DNA of 64,000 nucleotides, taken from NCBI GenBank assembly GCA_030141605.1, contig JAQGDQ010000259.1, forward strand, positions 124,001 through 188,000, in the 5' to 3' direction. Positions 54,101 through 64,000 of this stretch are shown one piece after another. Origin of the DNA: Tubiluchus corallicola. Taxonomy: Eukaryota > Animalia > Priapulida. A program made the translations under genes and the position numbers. The stretch's first letter is position 1. The number at the start of each line of letters is the position of its first letter. The notes below the pieces were generated by a model that was given only the letters and a program-made list of their open reading frames with translations, had not been told where the DNA came from and made no database searches.

Positions 54101-56118
54101 TATATACGTCTGCGTACATTCCTCGATGATAGCCTGATACCTTCACAATTACAAGTTTGTAAAGTCTTCATAATAATCGAATTGATTGACTGATATTAGT
54201 TGGTCCGGCAAATCTCTACAGGCATAGTACTTAATCACATCGTTTCAAACGTCAATTTTTGATGCAGTATTTAAGGGAAACAAATTGATTTTATGTTACA
54301 GATGCAGCCATAACTAAAACACTAACTGCACCAACATTCGATTCAACTACGTCCAAACATCATGCAAAACTGCATATATTAGCCATGCTTATTGATAATG
54401 TGGTAAAAGCCATTAAATTAATATTCATAATTCTATGCTGATGCAAATTATAGATTCGCAAAGTGTCAATCACAGCATATTAGGCTTACGCAACTTCGCA
54501 GACCTATTAGGTAACTGATTTCTTAATTGTCTGCAATGTGTTTGCAAAGTTTCAGGATTCATAGGCGATGTAATACAGTTAATGTCAGAGTTATTCCACA
54601 TTTCTTTTATTATTAGTATTCTATATTGCTAAAAATGAAACAATAACAGGCATAGGTATTTTATTGCATAGTCAAGGTCAGACCCGTTTAAAAATTTTCA
54701 GCATATACAGTTCTTAAAATGCTGATACATATCGTTTAGTGAAGTATCAAACCGACTGGTTTGTTAAGAAAAAATTCTGGAATTCATGATTTTCTAAATG
54801 TCACCTAGGATTGAGGGGTGGATGGACAGTTGTTCAGGCCAACATTGAACTGATAACACAAACATGTATATTTTAAAAAACCTACAGGAACAATCAAATC
54901 AAAACGATCAATAAAAATACATGCAACCCCTATAAAGTTATAAACCATAAAGACATAAACCAGCCACACACATATCAAGCAGTTACACTACACTACACAA
55001 CATTACACTACACTACACTACACCACACTACACTACACTACACTACACAACATTACACTACACTACACTACACAACATTACACTACACTACAGTACACTA
55101 CACTACACTACACTACACTACACTACACACCGCACAAACAAATTCACTAGAGCAAAGGTAGAGACAAGAAGATTCCCAGGTCTAAAACAACATAGAGCCT
55201 GCATCAACGTTTTAAACTAATTGTACAATTCACCACCATACAGGCCTGTAATACACAGTTTTACAGCAGTAGAGCGCAACTAAATCGCAATTATATTTTT
55301 AAAAAATTAAATGGCGTAAAATAAAAATAGCAAGAGTATAAAATAATAAACCTATTTGTCCGGGACGATCATCAAAGTAGTGAATATATAGACACTAACT
55401 GCCAGCCATAAACAAAATCAGATGAAATGAATCAATTACACAGACTGGCTTTTTAACAGTTCTTTTCTTTCAAGTAAATTTGGTTTCAAAATCCAGCAAT
55501 TGTGGTTTTACGCTATCCTCAGAAAAAATGTTATAAAAATAAAAAAAAACAAATTAAGTTTTATTACCTAATTAACTCCAATTAGAAAAGACGCAAAAGC
55601 AAAAAAACTTACTTATCAACATAATTAATGATGAAACTTCTTGATCAAACAAGAGCAAGTCACGCCTATTGCAAGAGAGTTAAACTATCAATGATTATAT
55701 AGTTTTATACATACTGACTTCTGGCAACCGTTTGGACATAACTTACTGTCCCTTTCTTCGTAGTTGCCAATCCAATTTCTAACTAGTATATATACTATAT
55801 AGTACTTAGTAGTAAACTAGTAGTAAGTAGTATACTTAGGTACTAATTTAGTAAGCCTGGCTTGTATGCCATTTATCTGTTAATGAAAAACAAACAAAAT
55901 AGAATACTAGTGCGCTTCTAAAATAAAAACATTAATAACTTGATATGAATCGTAAGCTACTTACTTTTCGCAGCAGCCAGTAAATCTTTGCACTCTTTTA
56001 TCAAAGTTTTGATTTGTTGACTCGTTTTCTCTAACTCCTTTTCATGAGCGTGAATATTTTCTCTGAAATAAGGGCTGTCTGTTAAGCAGTCCCTAAACTC
56101 AAGCGGTAGCAAGCCCAT
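12067..56118 (-). CDS. ARHGAP26: GRAF-family Rho GTPase-activating protein (BAR-PH-RhoGAP-SH3; ARHGAP26/ARHGAP10/ARHGAP42-like), 27 coding exons, about 879 aa
   Basis: Exons (5' to 3'): 55965-56118 ([32 protein letters not shown]..), 35154-35249, 34538-34599, 33669-33740, 33431-33532, 31719-31829, 30848-30890, 28532-28593, 28004-28081, 26027-26096, 25750-25847, 25265-25359, 24821-24899, 23929-23971, 22773-22910 ([12 protein letters not shown], arginine finger), 22436-22520, 21902-21960, 20876-20981, 20543-20702 ([32 protein letters not shown]), 19763-20021, 17196-17405, 16481-16615, 15834-15882, 14777-14827, 14081-14131, 13043-13122 ([28 protein letters not shown]3), 12067-12158 ([30 protein letters not shown]). 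All phases are compatible. The SH3 domain argues against OPHN1. Small exons in the Ser-rich region are less certain. Confidence 0.95.
12325..12921. mobile_element. Kolobok-like MITE (TTAA TSD) in the last GRAF intron
   Basis: ttaa|agaaaaaccgga ... tcctgttttcct|ttaa; same TIR motif as 46290-46833. Confidence 0.55.
13229..13680. mobile_element. Partial hAT-like non-autonomous element
   Basis: Begins caggggtgtgcaaa with repeated (g)cgggcc(a/g)cac subterminal motifs; right terminus not clearly seen. Confidence 0.4.
14943..15636. mobile_element. Tc1/mariner (pogo/Tigger-like) MITE
   Basis: TA|cagtaagtcctcgcttaac ... gttaagcgaggacttagtg|TA. Confidence 0.8.
15972..16237. mobile_element. Tc1/mariner (Tigger-like) MITE
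   Basis: TA|caggtagtcgtcgactt ... aagtcgacgattacctg|TA. Confidence 0.78.
17645..19408. repeat. 36-bp tandem minisatellite (about 49 copies) inside a GRAF intron
   Basis: Unit ttacactctcaagttacttcaagcaaatgaactttt; period 36 (cactct at 17655 and 17691); source of the repetitive ORFs at 17596-19373. Confidence 0.97.
24065..24616. mobile_element. hAT-like MITE with 6-bp TSD
   Basis: attaac|cagggatgagaat ... attctcatccctg|attaac (13-bp perfect TIR, 6-bp direct flank). Confidence 0.75.
29736..30497. mobile_element. hAT-like MITE
   Basis: gtccttta|taggggtgggacgaa ... ttcgtcccatcccca|gtcccttta (imperfect TIR, about 8-bp TSD). Confidence 0.65.
33840..34294. mobile_element. Dispersed non-autonomous DNA element (Kolobok-like), copy 1
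   Basis: About 450 bp collinear with 52856-53292 (cactataatataagct...gttggggttatatgggccttt). Confidence 0.75.
35745..35775. repeat. (CAT)n microsatellite
   Basis: About 10 tandem cat units. Confidence 0.9.
36680..36830 (+). mobile_element. Decayed RTE-like LINE RT fragment (left part)
   Basis: Translates to IITTICKR..(frameshift)..[17 protein letters not shown], resembling the IITIYK..QCGFR region of RTE RT; appears to continue at about 40425. Confidence 0.35.
36836..36948 (-). mobile_element. Inverted about 113-bp copy of the BEL/Pao RT segment 37701-37812
   Basis: Reverse complement of 37701-37812; about 93 bp identical ([31 protein letters not shown]), with the remainder degenerate. Confidence 0.9.
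36974..37250. repeat. 90-bp perfect inverted repeat with about 97-bp spacer (fold-back/MITE-like)
   Basis: 36974-37063 is the exact reverse complement of 37161-37250. Confidence 0.9.
37307..40428 (+). mobile_element. 5'-truncated BEL/Pao LTR retrotransposon (RT-RNase H-integrase, PPT and start of 3' LTR), antisense to the host gene in GRAF intron 1
   Basis: [67 protein letters not shown] ([12 protein letters not shown]), DDE (GVDCFGP, SDCGTNF, GGVWE). PPT-like aaggaggcgg then tgt at 40369. No gag, protease or 5' LTR. Confidence 0.93.
37327..40279 (+). pseudogene. BEL/Pao pol pseudogene (frameshift near 38212, in-frame TGA at 39155-39157)
   Basis: Three ORF pieces (37327-38253, 38192-39157, 39212-40279) join into one pol after removing a 1-bp insertion and one stop. 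Confidence 0.9.
40425..41400 (+). mobile_element. Decayed RTE-like LINE ORF2 remnant (right part)
   Basis: [21 protein letters not shown] (DLTKAFD motif), later RYLG and [13 protein letters not shown]; many lesions. Confidence 0.6.
42361..42839. mobile_element. Kolobok-like MITE
   Basis: ttaa|aggaaatgat ... attagttcctt|ttaa. Confidence 0.45.
43305..43427. repeat. Small palindromic element with telomere-like (ctaac) core, copy 1
   Basis: ggtaaaaaaaagtcaca ... cctaacactaatcctagcc ... tgcgacttttattacc; similar to 44409-44514. Confidence 0.5.
44409..44514. repeat. Small palindromic element with telomere-like core, copy 2
   Basis: caggtaaaaaagtcacagga ... cctaaccccaactataacactaacgctaac ... tgtgactttttgtcctgtg. 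Confidence 0.55.
44719..44912 (+). mobile_element. tRNA-derived SINE
   Basis: A box tggccaagtgg and B box gagttcgaatct at tRNA spacing, unpaired acceptor stem, (tgtc)n-like tail. Confidence 0.55.
46290..46833. mobile_element. Kolobok-like MITE (TTAA TSD)
   Basis: ttaa|aggaaaaccggatgattg ... caatcgtccggttttctt|ttaa; central tgacgtca palindrome. Confidence 0.75.
48103..48850 (-). mobile_element. 5'-truncated L2/CR1-group LINE with (ATT)17 tail
   Basis: [56 protein letters not shown]; minus-strand AATAAA followed by an (ATT)n tail (48103-48153). Confidence 0.85.
52856..53292. mobile_element. Dispersed non-autonomous DNA element (Kolobok-like), copy 2
   Basis: Collinear with 33840-34294; ends ggcct|ttaa. 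Confidence 0.75.
54984..55128. repeat. (CACTA)n pentanucleotide microsatellite with variants
   Basis: Tandem cacta units with cacaa/catta variants. Confidence 0.92.
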
Positions 56119-57277
56119 TTTAAGGCTTAGCGCGTCACCAAATGGAATTTATCTCATCGTTTTCACAGTTACAAATACACGCTGTAAAAGTTTCAATTAC
56201 GAAAACATGGGCGAGAGCTTTATCCACAATGCATCGCGATTAACGCAATAACATAAAACTGTTAACGCTAAGATTCAGTTGCGATTTCTTTGTGAACATA
56301 CTTTCATATTGGCAACAACTCCGATACCTAGTGAAGAAAAAATCAGCACTTTGGGAACAGACTCTAACCAAATTATTTTCAACTCTCATTATGTTTATTT
56401 TTATAATTTTTCATTTAAAAACTGGTACAGATACCTACTACTTGTAAGTCATTTTTCTTTTTTATTGCTAAATTATATAATTTTTATGTAAATGTAACTG
56501 TGATTTTTGTATCAGTATACCATCTACTCAGTCATATTTGAATTCTTTTGTAGTTGCTTTTATGGTTTATTAAGTTCTCGTTTAATTTCGGAGCTACTTA
56601 TATAACATACCACCGAAATTAAACGAGAACTTAATAAACTATAAAAGCAACTACAAAAGAATTCAAACACGACTGAGTAAGAATAAAAAGACATCAACCT
56701 CTGATAATCAACAACCGACAACAAAATGAGACATGGAATCTTAAACTGATTCACGCATTTTTCCAGCAAAATAAACACCACTATTCCTTGACAATGCTGT
56801 CCAACTACAACTAACCTTAGATAGCAACAAAGAAAAAATAAAAAAGAAGTTGAACAATACTCAAGGTCTGACATCCATATCTGATTGTTTTTTTTAGTTT
56901 TGGTAGATCTGAAAAATATAAGACATTCCATAGTTTTTTATTTAGACAACTGCTTCAGTGTGGTCAAAGAAAGTATGGCTCACAAACCAACGAGGTTTCT
57001 GGGGATCATACCAACTGTATACACAACTAATTAACTTTTATAACACTTTTCTACTGTTCTAATGACATTGACTTCTTCAGTGAGCTTGATCAAGGTACTG
57101 CCCTGAGCTGAACTGCACTTCCCCCTAGCTATGCCACTGATGAATTTGGGAAAAAATTAAAATTTCTAGTTTGCAGTTTTTGAGCAGTGATGGCGTACGC
57201 ATGCACAATCACCAAAAATGTACATGTAATGCAAGTCTACTTTTCACTAGTGACATCACAACCATCATCAACCTAAC

Positions 57278-57278
<1 letters not shown>

Positions 57279-57308
<30 letters not shown>
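57279..57308. repeat. (TA)n microsatellite
   Basis: About 15 ta units. Confidence 0.9.
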
Positions 57309-57315
<7 letters not shown>

Positions 57316-58079
57316 GTTAGGGGGTGGTGAAAATAGCTTTTTTATCCAATCTTTTTACAAATTTCCCTACTTTGGAGGTTTGATGAGATACTAACATGGG
57401 TAAATTTTCAGGTAGATTAAGATTTGGGAATATGTGTCTCCACTTATGTTAAGATTTCGGAAATATGCTCATTTGTGTAGTAATTTTAAGAACTATTATA
57501 TCCACTCCACTGATCTAGCAATTTTCACCTGAGTTTGCAATGATTAATAGTTGTCGCAAATAGAACTGTAACAGTTTTGCATGTTAGGAAGTTGTATCTG
57601 CAAAATTTAAAAATGTGTGTATTTTATCCATATATTGCCATAGGTTAACTAATGCTTTCAAAATTGCCCCTATATAAATTTTTCAAAATGCCCTTCATTG
57701 GAATGTAAGCCCCAATTTGTTGTGAAAAACAATAACAGTACCTTGTATTGTTTACTTTTGCCATTGTGATTTCTTTATAATATAAGTTGAAAATGTTCAC
57801 ACTGCTCAACAGCTATTTTTTCTAGAAAAAATAATTTTAGAAAGCGTTTTTACATTTTGTGAATCACAAACTCTGGAAAAGTTAGCCGCAAGCCACATGG
57901 CTACCCTACTAAGCTACCAGATAACCAGTTGCCAACGGTTGGAAAAATATTCTACGGGATTATCAATTCAAGATGGAGGCCTAGTCAGAGAAGGATCCAG
58001 AACACAGATTTGTTGCGTAGCTGAAGAGATTGTAGCACAAGTGTATTGGTTTATATGTATCTGATTATATTATATTATT

Positions 58080-58500
58080 ACCACACTTTTTCAGCTTCTG
58101 CTTTTAGATACTTCCTAATTGCTTTTCTTATTTCCTTTTTCAATTGTGACTTCAATAAGCTTTGCATTCTTTCAGCATTTATATCTAAATCACACATGCT
58201 GCAACTTCTCTAATTTCTGTCACCCACTTTCTCTGTATGTTTTCATAACATATACTCAACAGCACCTTTTTAGCATCTCATTGTAAACATTTTTGGCTTC
58301 ATCATACACCTTAAAGTTTGTTTTTGCCAACTTTCTATTTCTTCATAATTCGTTTCTATCAATTTACCCTACACCTCCATATTGAAAATTAAACTGGGAA
58401 TCATCGTTGTATTGTATAATAACCGTCTTATTTTTACAGCTTCAATTCGTACAGCATCAGAACCACTCCAATTCATAATCTCATATAATTTATCATAATT
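58080..58500 (-). mobile_element. Decayed LINE ORF2 C-terminal remnant
   Basis: Minus strand reads RLLYNTTMIPSLIFNMEV*GKL..EEIESWQKQTLR and ..LKSQLKKEIRKAIRKY, resembling the post-RT region of non-LTR elements. Confidence 0.5.
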
Positions 58501-58779
58501 ATGTTCCACTTTCTTACTTCTTTCCTCAACAGACACTTTATGTTTAATAAAATTTTCCTGAGTCTTTTAATTTTTCCTTTCTTAATATACATAATTTTTA
58601 TTACCTTCCTCAACGTATACTGCCCATTTTATTTACCTGCACCACTGTATTTCACTAGGCGAAGGATGTTGTCGTTGTGTAAAGTCACCTGCTTATCGTG
58701 ACTGAACATCAGAAACGTTTTGTTCTATTGCGTATACGCGAGGCTGCTACTGTATATATGTATTTGCCATGGCGGTGTA

Positions 58780-59697
58780 GGGAGCCGAGTGGACCACTGA
58801 GCCAAGTAGACCACTTCCGGTAAAACCGATGCGCTAAAAGTAGTGTCCTACATGGGCAGCCCAAGTAGGACACTAGCGATTTTTGTCGAGAAACTTGCTC
58901 TGGCAAAACTTGTTTCCAGTTTATATTACCATTGTTTATAAGTATTGTTATGACATAATAAAGCATAAAACAAAATTTCTTTTAGAAATTGATATTCCTT
59001 GGCAATTTACAAATGCATTTCTTACAATAATTTCATCATTATGATTAACTCCATTAATATATCATAACATTAAACCTAGTATCTAATGCTTTAAAGAGAG
59101 AAATTCTGCACACAGTTATTACAGAAATAATTGCAAATTTAAAAATGAGACAGATGCTGCTAAGCCTTCACAACACCAAAAAGTAATTTTTAACATTTAA
59201 GAAAAGCAAGGATAATTAGTTTTAATATTATCAGTAGTATTGTAACATGTAGGGCACTGTCCTACATGGCTCGCTAGCCCATGTAGGACACATAGATCGC
59301 TAGAACGTTTACTTATAAGAAAACAATTATTTGCCCAAGAGGTAGTGAAACGGATCACCTGTTTGTGAAGTGAGACAAAAATAAAAAATGATATACCTTA
59401 AACAAATGTTGAATTCGCAAAAAAGTGGGTTTTTTTCACTTCAACAACATTAATATCGAAACCAAATTTAATATTGTCCGTTCTACCAGCTCAGAATAAA
59501 ATTCTTTTATTTTATTAGATGTATAATAAACTATTCAACGTGTACTAACGTTTTTAATTATTATTATTACATAAACAAGCACAACGGACGGTGTCAGTAC
59601 ACTTAACGACTCAATACGCGACCTGTCTCTAGTGTCCTACTTGGGCAGCCCAAGTAGACCAATTGGTCTACTTGGCTCAGTGGTCCACTCGGCTCCC
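58780..59697. mobile_element. Non-autonomous DNA transposon with 34-bp perfect TIRs immediately upstream of ZNF330
   Basis: gggagccgagtggaccactgagccaagtagacca (58780-58813) is the exact reverse complement of 59664-59697; three internal gtcctac..gccca.gtag palindromic motifs. Confidence 0.85.
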
Positions 59698-59754
59698 AAC
59701 AGGTGGTTCGGCGTTGATGTGAGTTTCAGTGGTATCTAGCTTTTGCCTTTTGTC

Positions 59755-63885
<4,131 letters not shown>

Positions 63886-64000
63886 AGTGATCGGTAAAGG
63901 TAACGGTAAAGATACATTTACACTATTTGTATTTGTTTGACTTTTTTGCTTGCTGCAAAAAAAGAGAGCAACTTAGTACTTTATTGGTTATAACTTTTCA

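Overview
AT-rich eukaryotic genomic DNA with spliceosomal introns, probably from a protostome-like invertebrate (organism not determinable from the sequence). I reconstructed three protein-coding genes exon by exon. (1) A 6-exon stand-alone Maf/YhdE-type dTTP/UTP pyrophosphatase, the ASMTL N-terminal domain without the methyltransferase (minus, 1069-7545). (2) A 27-exon GRAF-family RhoGAP with BAR-PH-RhoGAP-SH3 domains, ARHGAP26/10/42-like (minus, 12067-56118, about 879 aa), with a 20.7-kb first intron and a probable GC-AG intron. (3) The first five exons of ZNF330/NOA36 (plus, from 59755), head-to-head with GRAF. A probable terminal exon of an unidentified plus-strand gene lies at 64-233. Introns hold a young-looking but truncated BEL/Pao pol nested in an old RTE-like LINE, other LINE remnants, a tRNA-derived SINE, many MITEs and a 36-bp satellite. 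The most unusual features are an 8x87-bp tandem array built from the 3' end of a ZNF330 exon plus its 5' splice site, a perfect-TIR element 57 bp upstream of the ZNF330 ATG, and a nested inverted-repeat structure containing an antisense copy of the BEL RT. Most ORFs in the supplied track are spurious.
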